Source of the DNA: Dictyostelium fasciculatum | Lineage: Eukaryota | Direction: 5' to 3' | DNA length: 64,000 nt | NCBI RefSeq assembly: GCF_000203815.1 | Contig: NW_004457713.1 | Span: 137,358-201,357 of the forward strand | Part shown: positions 37,186 to 48,078 of the stretch, piece after piece | Position numbering within the stretch: position 1 is the first letter of the stretch | Layout: every line of letters starts with the position of its first letter | Position numbers and translations under genes: made by a program | Notes under the pieces: generated by a model | What the model was told of the DNA's origin: nothing | What the model saw: only the letters and a program-made list of their open reading frames with translations | Database searches by the model: none

Positions 37186-38720
37186 TTGTATTTATTTAAG
37201 TTTAAAGAATCCAAGTTGACATTCTTCAAAGCCGGTGCTTATCGTGATACGGCAGAATTGGAAAGTAATGCTGATGACTTGGATATGGTAGGTGATTCAA
37301 TTAAAACCAATAGTACATTGGCATGTTTGAAATTGAAAAACATTTATTCCAATTTAATTAAACAATGAAAAGATTAAATTACAAAAAGCATTGGCCAAAG
37401 TCAACAAAAGATGGTTTGCATTAATCTCTTCAAAAATCAATCAAGTCAGTGTCAGGGAGCTCACCATGAATCCATTCAAGCCAGCTGGTAGAAGACTTCA
37501 TCCAATTATCAGACTACTCAAAGTGCAACAAAACGATAATTACTCTATAATATTAGACGTCTCAAATCACTTGTACTCGACATGGAACCACCAACAACTC
37601 AAGAAGAAGCAAATTGCCAAAATGGGATGTTTACACCATCATTGGAACATCTACCTTTCAACAAACTATTGGGACGAGTATCATATTGCAGAGGATTTCG
37701 AGGGCTTTTTCACAAAGGATTTCAGTAGAAGATATTCTAATGGGAGTAGATCAATAGGATTTTTTAGAATGACCGAAATCTTTGCAAACCTATCCTCTAT
37801 GACATTGAAATTGGATTATGAAATACCAGATGGTGGTTCAATGCTTGCAATGATCCAAACAATCAAGAAGCATATGACACAAGTTAAGAATTTGTCGTGG
37901 AGTATCGGATGGTGAAGGATCTGGATATCCTGATATCGAACCTCTTTGGGAGCACTCAACAACCAACTTTAACCTCGAACAACTTTCAATCGATTGTTAT
38001 GGAATACAAATGAAACATTTATATAATGCCTTTTGCGAAGAATCAAAACTACAAAGTTTTAAAGTTGGTGGTGATGGTGATCCAATGGAATTGGAAAGTA
38101 ATGCTGATGACTTGGATATGGCAGTTGATTCAATTAAAACCAATAGTACATTGACAAGTTTGAATTTGAAAAACATTGATTCCAATTTAACAAACGACGA
38201 AAAGATTAGAATTCAAAAGGCATTGGCATTCAACCAAACTATTACCAATTTATCGCTTGGCCCAATCCAAGGTTTATTTGGTGTATCATCCATTTCAACT
38301 GATATCATAAGTCAATCATTAATTGAATTTAAATATTTAGTATCAACTGAATCCCATATCAGTGGTATGTATATATATTTAATTGTACTTACCTTTTTGT
38401 TATTATTTTTTTTAGAACATTTAAATGTTATCAATTCAATAATAATGATTATTGAAACCAATAGTCATCCAAATCTTAAATCGATTGGTATCTCTTTAGA
38501 TATCAATGATTTAGATAAACAACTTATTGATGGATTTACCAAAGCATTCAAGGCAAATACAACTCTTGATACCTTTAAATTCAAATGGTTTGAATTAAGA
38601 TTACAAGATGTATCCTCCAATAATATTGATGAAAGAATTAACAACTTTTGGACTAGAATCAATAAAGAAGACGAAAGTGAGTATACTCGTCATTCTAGAA
38701 GAACAAGAAGAACTGAATAG
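37186..38720 (+). pseudogene. Rearranged, frameshifted third copy of the F-box/LRR gene (tandem to copy B)
   Basis: The ORF fragments 37186..37368, 37391..37915 and 38010..38720 are all homologous to copy B, but the order is scrambled. A 3' exon-1 piece (FFKAGAYR..SIKTNSTL) precedes the 5' piece (AKVNKRWFALISS.., lacking the MGPKKK/F-box start). The frame breaks at about 37915 (SWSIGW*). The exon-1 donor GTATGT (about 38366) and an exon-2-like tail (..NNFWTRINKEDESEYTRHSRRTRRTE) are retained. Confidence 0.6.
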
Positions 38721-38812
38721 AGCATCAATAAAATTAAATGATTGTTGAAACAAACGTTTATCTCAATCTTTAATCGATTTGTAGCAGTGTATCCATCCAA
38801 AATATATTTTGT

Positions 38813-39439
38813 TTATAATTGATTTTCAATTGTATTTAAAGTTTGTCTACTCTTTTCTAAATTATTTCTTTCTCTACTGTATTCATCTATCATATTGATT
38901 AAAAAATTAAATATTAATATTAATAATGATCATTATACAAATCATGGTACATTATCTATACTTACCAAGAGTTAAACTATTAACATTATTACAAAGCTGG
39001 CTAGTTGATATCAATTGAGGAGAGGAAGAAGAAGGGGACTTTTCATCGTCATTTACTCTTAAATCTGGTTTACTTGATGGATCTTTGACCCTACTTTTGG
39101 TTAAATTCAAATTATACTCTAATTCTTTTCTTTTTTGATTGATTTTGTTTATACGTTGTATAGTATTATTTTCTAAATTTAAATCAATAAAATAAATTAG
39201 ATAAACATAAATTATATATATATATAGATATTTAATATTCTTTAATTCATTTGGGGGTTAACATACCTATAGATTGTTTATCAATGTTCATATTTGAATT
39301 CCAAGATGATACATTTTTAATATCTTGATCTATTTGTTTTAATTGTTTATTTTTCTCTAATGTATCTTGTTGTATCTAATAAATAATAAATAATTGTTAA
39401 TTGAGGAATTGAAAAGAAAAAGAGAGAGAGAGAGAGTTG

Positions 39440-39508
<69 letters not shown>

Positions 39509-40123
39509 TACCATTTGTATTTTCATTCTAAGATTATCCAATTCACTATCTAATGCTTGTTTTTCTTTTCTAGGTGTTTGATGTGATCCGTTATTGTTAT
39601 TATTATTATTATTATTTCCACCATTAAAACTATTAAATAGATTAGGAGGATTATTTTCACCGGGTAATATTAAATCAGCAGGAATATTAAATATGTTTGC
39701 AAGTGTAAACAATTCAAACTTGTCCAAATTCTGTTTAAAGTTATCATTTAACATTGTCCATACTCTATCGGTTCCCTTTTTTTTTTTGATTAATAATAAT
39801 AATAATTAATGGTTAGATAGATAGTTGTTTCTTTTATATATCTTTTTTGATCACTTTGTCTTTTTTTTTACCTTTACAATATTACTTGCAGATTCTTGAT
39901 TTTGGTTGATTACATTGTGACTTGAAAGATATCCATCTAAATTGTTTGTTTCATTTGCAATGATATCATATACAGATTCTTTGATATCATCGATCAGTGC
40001 AAGTGGATGATAGGTAAAAAAGTCTCTTTCACGTATCATCTCTGCTACCTCTTCTTCTTGTTGTTGTTGTTGTTGTAGTTGTGGTAGTAGTTGATTATTA
40101 TCTATTTGTTGTTTAATACTCAT
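38813..40123 (-). CDS. Coiled-coil protein with a Mis12-like N-terminus (low confidence). Exons 40123..~39872, 39775..39512, 39375..39267, 39172..38966, 38886..38813
   Basis: ORF 40123..39851 (MSIKQQIDNNQLL..ERDFFTYHPLALIDDIKESVYDIIANE..) ends at GTAAAG/GTAAAA donors. The ORF 39754..39347 is joined upstream in frame (GTDRVWTMLNDNF..) and ends at a GTAAAT donor. The intron after it contains a long (TTA)n microsatellite. Three further small exons keep the frame to a TAA at 38813 (..ENNTIQRINKINQKRKELEYNL..DEYSRERNNLEKSRQTLNTIENQL). The FFxxxPxxxxxxIxxxxxD pattern resembles the Mis12 N-terminal helix; the rest is a heptad-rich coiled coil. The first donor choice is uncertain by 6 nt. Confidence 0.45.
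39421..39508. repeat. (AG)8 followed by a (TTA)n microsatellite of about 23 units, within an intron of the 38813..40123 gene
   Basis: agagagagagagagag ttga ttattattattattatt... read directly. The ORF track translates it as poly-N. Confidence 0.85.
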
Positions 40124-40550
40124 TATATCTATCTATCAATCTGATTATCTATCTGTATTGCAATATCTTATTTGATTTCTAGTAGTAAACAACTGGTTGG
40201 TTGTTCGTGTGCAAGCGATGAAAACCAATTTAGCAAATTCGAAAAAAAGGAGGGAAAAACTAAACAACCACAACTCTCAGCTCTTGTTAATACTAACACT
40301 GACCATCATCATCATCAGCATCATCATCATCGTACTACTATTGTTATTACTATTACTTATTATTAATCATCATTATGTAAAAAGAGAAGATTAGAAATGA
40401 TTACTCACATGAGAGCTCTGAAATTTAAATTAAATTAAAATTGTTTTTTATTCATTCGTTCGTTTTTAGAGCAGTATTCATTAATGATGATGATAAAGAT
40501 ATAATAGTAGTAGTAGTAGTAGTATTAGAAATAGAAGAAGAAGAAGAAGG

Positions 40551-42290
40551 ATGTTTAATATTATTAAAAGTTCAACGAGTAATGTTGCTTGTTGTAAAAG
40601 ATTACTACTACTTCAACAGTCACTGACTAAAGGTAGTAGTAGTTGTATGAACCATTACTATTATTACTGTAGTAGTAGTACTTCATCTTCTTCATCTTCA
40701 TCATATAATAATAATAATAATAATAATAATAGAAATACAACATACAAGAGTAAAAGTAAATTCTCACCTTTTGATCATAATAAACATAACAATAATAATA
40801 ATCAAAAGAATAATATATTTGTACAATCAACTATAGTATCTACAAGAGTAGGAGCAGAACATTTATCAATAACAAAGGAAATGTTGGCAGAGACTAAATA
40901 CCAAACCATCTATCATCAAAAGGATGATGATCAAATGGGAGAGGTGTTGAGAGGTGTCGTTCCATATGACTATGAATTTGTGTCGAGAGCAAGAGAGAGA
41001 TGGGTTGGAATGAACATTATCGATATGTTTATGAAAGAGTATAGACCACATCCAAGGGAACTGTACGAGATCAAGATTGCAATGGGAAAGATATTGGTCA
41101 ATGATCTCCCGACGACGGCAGACTATGTCATCAAGAGTGGTGACACTTTTAAACATATTGTACATCGACACGAGATTGATGTATTGGCATTGGAACCAAC
41201 ACTGATTGCCGAGACATTGGATTATTTGGTGGTGGACAAGCCACCCTCGATACCGGTGCATCCGGCCGGTCCGTACAGACACAACTCTCTCACCTTTTTA
41301 CTGGCCCGACAATTTGGATACACTAACCTACTCGCATGTCACCGTCTCGACAGGTTGACAAGCGGTGTGGTCGTATTGGCCAAGAACTCAACAGCAAGTG
41401 GTCGACTTGGAAAAGTGTTTAAAAAAGGTGACATTGACAAAATCTATTTGGCAAAGGTGAAAGGAATGTTTCCCTACTTGGAAGAGACGATGGTTGCCAA
41501 ACCCATCATGGTGCTAAACGAGATAACAGGGTTGGGTGTGGAAGATGCGCGGGGTAAGCCATCCACCACCTTTTTCAAGTTGGCACACTATAACAAAGAG
41601 AGTGACACTTCAATCATTTGGTGTCGTCCCATCACTGGAAGAGGTCACCAAATTAGAATACACCTCAAATCGATCGGGTTCCCCATCACCAACGATCCAC
41701 TCTACAATGATGATTTCATCCGATCAAATAGTCATCAAGCTGCTACCCAAGCTACAAACTCTTGGAACAAAACAACATTAATCAGTCAATCAGATAAATA
41801 TAATCAACAAATGAAATTAAAAGAATTTAAATTTAAATCAAAAGAAAAAGAAAATCAAAATGAAATAGAAAAAGAACAACAACAACAACAACAAAAAGAT
41901 GAAGATAATATAGTTGGACATCAATTAAGTCTTGAACAAGTGAATATAGTTATGCAATCGAGTATACAAGAATATAAAGAAAAAGTTAAAAGTATTCGAC
42001 AAGACAGTACATTGACAGACGCTGAAAAGGATGAAAAAGTTAAAAGTGTTGCTCTTCCATGTTTGGATTGTTGTCTCGAACGGTTTTATTCACTTATTGA
42101 CAATGGAACACCAGTGGAATCATTGATCAACGACACTCAAATTGCTCAATCACTTTTACAACAACACCAATTTAGAAAGAATCCAACACACTCTATACAT
42201 CTACATTCTTATAGTTACCAAGGTCCTGATTTCCATTATGTTTCCCAAGTTCCTCTTTGGGCTACTCCAAACAACAACAATAAGAAATAA
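40551..42290 (+). CDS. RluA-family pseudouridine synthase (RPUSD2/Pus-like), single exon
   Basis: ATG at 40551. An S4-like region then the catalytic core DYLVVDKPPSIPVHPAGPYRHNSLTFLLARQ...LACHRLDRLTSGVVVLAKN.. (the RluA HRLD motif with catalytic Asp) and ..CRPITGRGHQIRIHL. N-terminal Ser/Asn low-complexity (possible organellar targeting) and a C-terminal Lys/Glu-rich tail. Confidence 0.85.
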   Translation: MFNIIKSSTSNVACCKRLLLLQQSLTKGSSSCMNHYYYYCSSSTSSSSSSSYNNNNNNNNRNTTYKSKSKFSPFDHNKHNNNNNQKNNIFVQSTIVSTRVGAEHLSITKEMLAETKYQTIYHQKDDDQMGEVLRGVVPYDYEFVSRARERWVGMNIIDMFMKEYRPHPRELYEIKIAMGKILVNDLPTTADYVIKSGDTFKHIVHRHEIDVLALEPTLIAETLDYLVVDKPPSIPVHPAGPYRHNSLTFLLARQFGYTNLLACHRLDRLTSGVVVLAKNSTASGRLGKVFKKGDIDKIYLAKVKGMFPYLEETMVAKPIMVLNEITGLGVEDARGKPSTTFFKLAHYNKESDTSIIWCRPITGRGHQIRIHLKSIGFPITNDPLYNDDFIRSNSHQAATQATNSWNKTTLISQSDKYNQQMKLKEFKFKSKEKENQNEIEKEQQQQQQKDEDNIVGHQLSLEQVNIVMQSSIQEYKEKVKSIRQDSTLTDAEKDEKVKSVALPCLDCCLERFYSLIDNGTPVESLINDTQIAQSLLQQHQFRKNPTHSIHLHSYSYQGPDFHYVSQVPLWATPNNNNKK

Positions 42291-42482
42291 ATTAAAATTA
42301 AAATTATTATTATTATTATTAAAATATCAAAGGTTGAGGAACCTTTCTTTCGTAATTTATTCCAATTTTTTTTAGTATTTATTTTTACTCTAACTCTAGA
42401 GTACCAAAGCTGATCATTATGTATTTAGTAAAATGATTGATTGATATTTTAAATAGTAATAGTAAAAGGAGAAAGAGAAAGA

Positions 42483-44774
42483 ATGTTGTGTAGTATTAAA
42501 CAAGTACTATGTAATCGATATTTGATAAGATTAATTGGAAAGGAGATTACTTTACAAACTAAAGTAATTACAAGAGAGACGTTGCGTAATCGATTGATGG
42601 ATGATAAAGTAGAGTTTGATGTAGATCAACTAAGACACCCAGATCTAATGATTAGAATGTATCATCAAGCAAATAATGTTGAATGGATGTTGCGTAATGG
42701 GTACATCTACTTGTTAAGAGATAGACTACGAATGTTTTTTAAACAAGTAGATACAAATATCGATAGTAGTAATACTGCTACCAATACTATTAGTACGACA
42801 ACTACAACAACTACAACAACTACTACGACAACTACAACCTTTCAAACATACTATCAATTAGATGTTAGTGGTATGTGGTACAGTCATGTAACACCCAGTA
42901 ATTTGGATATTCTATCAGACTGTGACATCAAGAGATTGCTACAATACGCAATTACAACTCTCAAAAATCAATATACACTTGATGTGATGATGATTGGTAT
43001 TTCAATGTCTCGTAATACTAGATTGCTTAGAATTGCATTGGAAAACATCAACCCGACTATTCGTAATACTTTTATTCGTCAGCTACTCAAGAGTAGTTGT
43101 GAAGCTGGTAGTATAGAGATGTACGAAGAAATAGAGAAATATATACCTGTTAAACTATCGGATGACGAGTTGTACAAGTTTGTCTATTATTCTCTATACC
43201 ATCGTCAACCTCACATGGTTCATTATCTTGTCAAAAGACGTGGGTTACCTGGGTGTCCTCAATACACCGCATCGTCACGTCTCCCAGATTGCCTCTACCA
43301 TCTATTAGAGAGTAATGATGCCGAGCTATACAAGTTGTTGTGTATTGACAATTTGATTGTCACCGATTCGCCAACATCCCATGTTCACAATTACTTTGTA
43401 TCATTATTACCAAATATTACAAAGGTCACAAGTAAACATATAGACCTATTACAAGTACTCCAAGTACACCGTAATGGAGGTCAATTAAGAAGTAACAATA
43501 GTTATTTGGCAACTTTAAAATCATTACTCAAAAATTGTAACGACCCAAAAGAACAAGAAAGAATTGGAGAGATTTTGGAGAATATCTCAACTGTCTTGTC
43601 TGCATTCTTTTTGGTGTTGCTCTATGTTGGCAAGAATCCATCTTATTATCTACAAGTAGCAATTAGCAAGGCTGTTCAATCGATACAAAGCATTTATTCG
43701 AGTATGGTAGTAACACAATTCCTCTACGACCAACTACCACAAAACATTGCAAATGGTCAAACTTTGTTATTTAATGCAACGTGTGTTTCAACTCGATTGG
43801 AATGTGTTACATTGGTATATGAAAGATTGGTAAAGGATGGTATTCAAATCCACCAGGCTCCTCCTGGAACCCAACATCTAGAGACCTTTCAATTTATCGA
43901 AAAACATATATCATCATCACTGCTCGACGCAAACTACCTTTGGGACATGTTACGTCAATCAATTGTAATCAATAATTACCAACTCGTCTATCATATCTTG
44001 TACCACTATATCTCACAACTTCAACAATTACCAAAACAATTTTTTATTGATGCACTCGGCACATGCAACATTGACATTGTAACATGTATACTGGAAACAT
44101 ATCAACTTCAAGTGTCAGCTTTCACTCTGGACGATAGTGACCTCGTCAAAATATTCTCATCTAGAAAGGTTGTTTACTTTTTCGTTAAACATTTTACAAA
44201 ACTCGTTACATTGTTTGTAGATATACGTAGTCTATTTAAATACAAGGTTGACGATATTATAGCTTTGGCCATTCACATTAATCGTCCCAATGTAGTACTT
44301 CACCTCCAACCAACCAATATCCTAGGTGGTCTAGATACATACCTAGCAACACCCGAGAAATTACTCAGTTCCATCTTTCCTCTTCTTCGAGAGTATCAAC
44401 AAATGAAAGACCAAGGTTGGACCGATCTCGGTAGACTAGGCAACACCACTCTGGTCGATCGAATCCTATCACAATTCCCCTCTAAAAGACAAGCCATTCA
44501 TCATAAACTTTTACAAATTGCTGCTGGTGCCTATGCAGAGGGTCGTACCGAGTTGCTCGCCCACTTGGGACAGAAATATAATCTAAAACACTACAACGTA
44601 GATAATATAACCATTTTATTGAAAAATAACCAAATCAAATTGTATCGATCAAATAATCTACAAAAAGCTTATAGAGAAAATAGAGATAATTTTGTACAAA
44701 CTAATTTTGGTATTGAAACTTGGAAAAAGGAAGTTTATGATGATACTCTTGGATTGTTGATGGTTTCAAAATAA
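42483..44774 (+). CDS. Hypothetical protein, 763 aa, single exon, no recognisable domain
   Basis: Uninterrupted ORF from the ATG at 42483 with codon usage like its neighbours. Internal poly-Thr tract. No motif I can assign from sequence alone. Confidence 0.55.
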   Translation: MLCSIKQVLCNRYLIRLIGKEITLQTKVITRETLRNRLMDDKVEFDVDQLRHPDLMIRMYHQANNVEWMLRNGYIYLLRDRLRMFFKQVDTNIDSSNTATNTISTTTTTTTTTTTTTTTFQTYYQLDVSGMWYSHVTPSNLDILSDCDIKRLLQYAITTLKNQYTLDVMMIGISMSRNTRLLRIALENINPTIRNTFIRQLLKSSCEAGSIEMYEEIEKYIPVKLSDDELYKFVYYSLYHRQPHMVHYLVKRRGLPGCPQYTASSRLPDCLYHLLESNDAELYKLLCIDNLIVTDSPTSHVHNYFVSLLPNITKVTSKHIDLLQVLQVHRNGGQLRSNNSYLATLKSLLKNCNDPKEQERIGEILENISTVLSAFFLVLLYVGKNPSYYLQVAISKAVQSIQSIYSSMVVTQFLYDQLPQNIANGQTLLFNATCVSTRLECVTLVYERLVKDGIQIHQAPPGTQHLETFQFIEKHISSSLLDANYLWDMLRQSIVINNYQLVYHILYHYISQLQQLPKQFFIDALGTCNIDIVTCILETYQLQVSAFTLDDSDLVKIFSSRKVVYFFVKHFTKLVTLFVDIRSLFKYKVDDIIALAIHINRPNVVLHLQPTNILGGLDTYLATPEKLLSSIFPLLREYQQMKDQGWTDLGRLGNTTLVDRILSQFPSKRQAIHHKLLQIAAGAYAEGRTELLAHLGQKYNLKHYNVDNITILLKNNQIKLYRSNNLQKAYRENRDNFVQTNFGIETWKKEVYDDTLGLLMVSK

Positions 44775-45144
44775 ATATCAAAAAGTATTGACAATGGAGC
44801 CTCTGTGCCCCTCTGTATGGTATGCATATCGAGCAAACGACAGCCAGGGATTTCCTGTTTACCAATACTCTATTAGAACAATCTCCATCGATGGAAGTGA
44901 AACATACTCTTACGACTACAGTCTTGTCAATGTGCACGAAAGAGATCAATTGACAAACCTTGAATGGAACAAAAAAATAATAAAATAATTTAAATTAGTT
45001 TTAAAAAAAGGAGGGAAAATCAATGACCTGCGCAAGTGAGCAATTCTGCAACGATGAAACATGTATTCCATGTATTGGCAACTTTAGAAAAGAGATAAAT
45101 AAAGGAGATTGATAGCTCTTTACAAGACAATACAAGAAGGGAAG

Positions 45145-45715
45145 ATGAATTTCAAAAGAGATAGAAATGAATACGAGAAACCAGATATAAAAAGAACAGA
45201 AGAATCTAATGCATATCCTAATCAAATGAAGATTGATGGTGACGATCAACATCAAAATGATAAAGAAGATAATAGTAATAATGATAATATAATAACAAGA
45301 ACACCATTAAAGAGTAAAAAGAAAGATAATGTTAAATCTGTACATGGTATTGTATCTATGATAGATCGATGATGATGATGATCACAATCTTCTTGTTGTT
45401 GATCAAACAATAATACTAACCATTCGTCCATTTGACGTCAATTTAGAAAATACAATGACATTAATGTATAAATCATCACTAAAAGCATTTTCAAACAAGA
45501 ATATAAGTAATCATCAATCAGATGATAGAAGTAATCCAAATAACATTCCAAAAGATCATTATGAAAATGCCAGAACCAATCAATGTAATATTTGCAGTCA
45601 TCGAGATTTAGTGGTTGGATGTTCGTCGTGTACGCATGACCATTGTATAGAATGTGCTCATCAATGTGATGATTGTAGGGATGTATTTTGTTCGCTTTGT
45701 TGTGTTACAAAGTAA
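45145..45715 (+). CDS. Small protein with a C-terminal Cys/His-rich RING-like zinc-finger. Putative exons 45145..45346 and 45447..45715
   Basis: ORF 45109..45372 (from MNFKRDRNEYEK..) can be joined through a GTATTG donor and a 100-nt intron (TTTAG acceptor) in frame to ORF 45455..45715. That ORF contains QCNICSHRDLVVGCSSCTHDHCIECAHQCDDCRDVFCSLCC (C-x2-C-x11-C-x-H-x2-C-x2-C-x3-C-x2-C) and ends at a TAA. The splice is speculative. Exon 2 alone is a complete ORF. Confidence 0.3.
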
Positions 45716-46225
45716 GTTTTAAAATCATAAAATGGAAAGAATAATAATATTCTGGCAGAAGAGTTAAAATTAACTAACATACATAGTAATCCTCCACAAC
45801 CATCACCATCATGTTGTGAATGTTGTCATTAATTTAATTAAATAATATTATTATAGGTATGATAAAATTGATAATATAGATTATTGTATAGATTGTCATT
45901 TTAAAAGAAAACAACAATCAAAAGAGAATAATAAATAGTAGTAGCATTAGTGTAGGAAATGGAATATATTATATAATATAAATATAATCCAATCTTATAT
46001 TTAATCGAGTGATTAATTTTGTACAATAACACAAAATGAAATGTTGGATATATCAATTCAATTCAATTAACTTAATATTTTGGATTTAAGAAGTGATTGC
46101 ATCACACAATTCAATTTGTTGTCGTCAACAAAAATGAATGGTGATGAATAGAAGGAGGAGGAAGGATTATTTATTAATTTAATTTAATTTACGTTTTGTG
46201 GTTGGATCATGTCAAGTTGGTTAAT

Positions 46226-47341
46226 TTAATCGCAACAAGTTACTTTTGGTTTAAAACTACGGTAACGACCAACTAGAATATTACCAACTACGGTACCAGC
46301 AATGACAGCAAAGAAGAGAGCAACGTTAAATGTCATAGCAACCAACATTAAAAGGTAAGAGAGTGTCAATTCGAAACCATGAAGGAAACCTCTGAGAATA
46401 TCAATCTTTGGGTTAAACTTTGGATAATCACCTTTAAAGAATCCTTGACTGATCGAGACGGTATCGGTTGGTGTGGAATCTGACATGGTCAAATCCTTTT
46501 GTCTTTGTTTCTCGGCTTCCCAACGTTTCTCGAGTATGGAACGAAGAGTCTTTTCACACTCGAAAACGATGGCACCAAAAAAGATGAGGAACCAATAACC
46601 GGCAAATTGACCCTTGGAACGGGGAACCCAAGTTTCAAACAAGATATAGTCGAGAATGCCAGTATGGAAGAACATACGCATGAGTGGGATTTGTTCGCCA
46701 ATAGGTGCCTCGCAATAGGCTTCAGAGAGGACACTGCTACCGAGGACTGCTCCATTTTGACACATGGTCTTCCATGAAGCACATTCACTCATATCGGGCA
46801 TTTGTTGACAGAGTGATGTGTAGACGGACAAGAGATCACAGGTAGTGATCATCGAGCTACTGGTGGCTGGTATAGTGCATTGTGAACATGCATCCATACT
46901 CATTGACGTACAGATACTGTAGATGTATTGCGAGAGTTGGGTGGTTTTGGGTAACCCGGCAATAGCCTGACGTTCAGTACACTCTTTGACTACAGATGTG
47001 TTGCTACACAATTGGTTGTAGTTGGAGCAGTCTTTCATACCTGGCATATCGTATTGGCAACCGTCGGCCAAGATTGAGAATGGGTAGCAAACACCAGTTT
47101 GGCTGTCAATGCTATTGCATTCCTTTTGAACACTACATAATGGCATAAAATCCATATCCATACATAATCCATTAATGTCTTGTGTTACATTGGATACTGG
47201 GTATTGATAGTTTACGCAACTACTATCATTTGGTGTAGCGATACAATTTACTTGAGCATCAACAGATAAGATATTATTGTTGTTGAATATTGTTGCTAAA
47301 AGAATGCAAATGGTTAATGAAAACGGATTTGTTAATTTCAT
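46226..47341 (-). CDS. Ctr-family copper transporter with a large Cys-rich N-terminal ectodomain (p80-like), single exon
   Basis: Signal peptide (MKLTNPFSLTICILLATIF). A lumenal domain of about 200 aa with 26 Cys. Then the Ctr core MRMFFHTGILDYILFETW...FE (TM1), the MxxxM motif (LMLVAMTF) in TM2 and GxxxG (IAGTVVGNILVG) in TM3. Confidence 0.8.
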   Translation of the reverse strand: MKLTNPFSLTICILLATIFNNNNILSVDAQVNCIATPNDSSCVNYQYPVSNVTQDINGLCMDMDFMPLCSVQKECNSIDSQTGVCYPFSILADGCQYDMPGMKDCSNYNQLCSNTSVVKECTERQAIAGLPKTTQLSQYIYSICTSMSMDACSQCTIPATSSSMITTCDLLSVYTSLCQQMPDMSECASWKTMCQNGAVLGSSVLSEAYCEAPIGEQIPLMRMFFHTGILDYILFETWVPRSKGQFAGYWFLIFFGAIVFECEKTLRSILEKRWEAEKQRQKDLTMSDSTPTDTVSISQGFFKGDYPKFNPKIDILRGFLHGFELTLSYLLMLVAMTFNVALFFAVIAGTVVGNILVGRYRSFKPKVTCCD

Positions 47342-47380
47342 GTTTAAAACGTTGTTAAAAGAAGTGGGATTTTAGAAGTG

Positions 47381-47590
47381 GATGAAGAGGATGAAGAGGA
47401 GGAGGATTAAAAGGAGGAAGTAAAATTTATGTAGATGACATAAAAGGAGGATGAAGGATGAAGAAGAGGATAGGAAGAAGAGGAGGATAGGAAGGGGATG
47501 AAGATGAAGATGAAGGGAAGAAGAAAGAAGTGGATGAAGAGGAGGAAGAAGAAGAAGTGGGATAAAGGAAGAGGATGAGGAGGATGAAGA
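47381..47590. repeat. Purine-rich imperfect tandem repeats (GGATGAAGA / GGAGGAAGA units), 5' of the Ctr gene
   Basis: tggatgaagaggatgaagaggaggaggattaaaaggaggaag...gaagaggataggaagaagaggaggatagg... read directly. It generates the spurious minus-strand ORF 47427..47675. Confidence 0.7.
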
Positions 47591-48078
47591 AGTTAACTAT
47601 ATACAACAAAAAAAAGAAATATGACAAAAAGAAAAAGAGATTAGAATAAACAAGTGAAGGTGAAGGTTCAAACAAACAAACAAAAAAGTAGAGACGATGA
47701 GGGGGGGGTTGTTTAAAGTATCTTTTGAATCTAGATCTATCTAAAAAAAGTAGTTACCTCGTTACTAGTCAATCAGCTTTAACACAAATAAAAAGTGTGT
47801 TGTATCTGTATAAGAGTTAGGAGAAAGATAATAATGAATGCATTCAAGGTGAGAGCTGACTTGTGAAGGTCAACTGTCGCGCCCAGAGCCCTAAAAACTT
47901 TACAACATAAAAATTATGTGGTGGGTTGAGCATATCTGAAAATTTCGATAATTTTGGTAATAGCTGCAAAGATAGATCTTAAGTTCTGGGTTGAGCTCGA
48001 CAAATTATTATAATGTTTTTGGTTTATTTATATTTATCATAAAAATGATAACAAACAATCAAACAAGTCAATAGTTTG

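Noticed and set aside
47427-47675. 82-aa minus-strand ORF
   Set aside because: It is a translation of the purine-rich tandem repeat. The product is poly-S/F/L with no start context.
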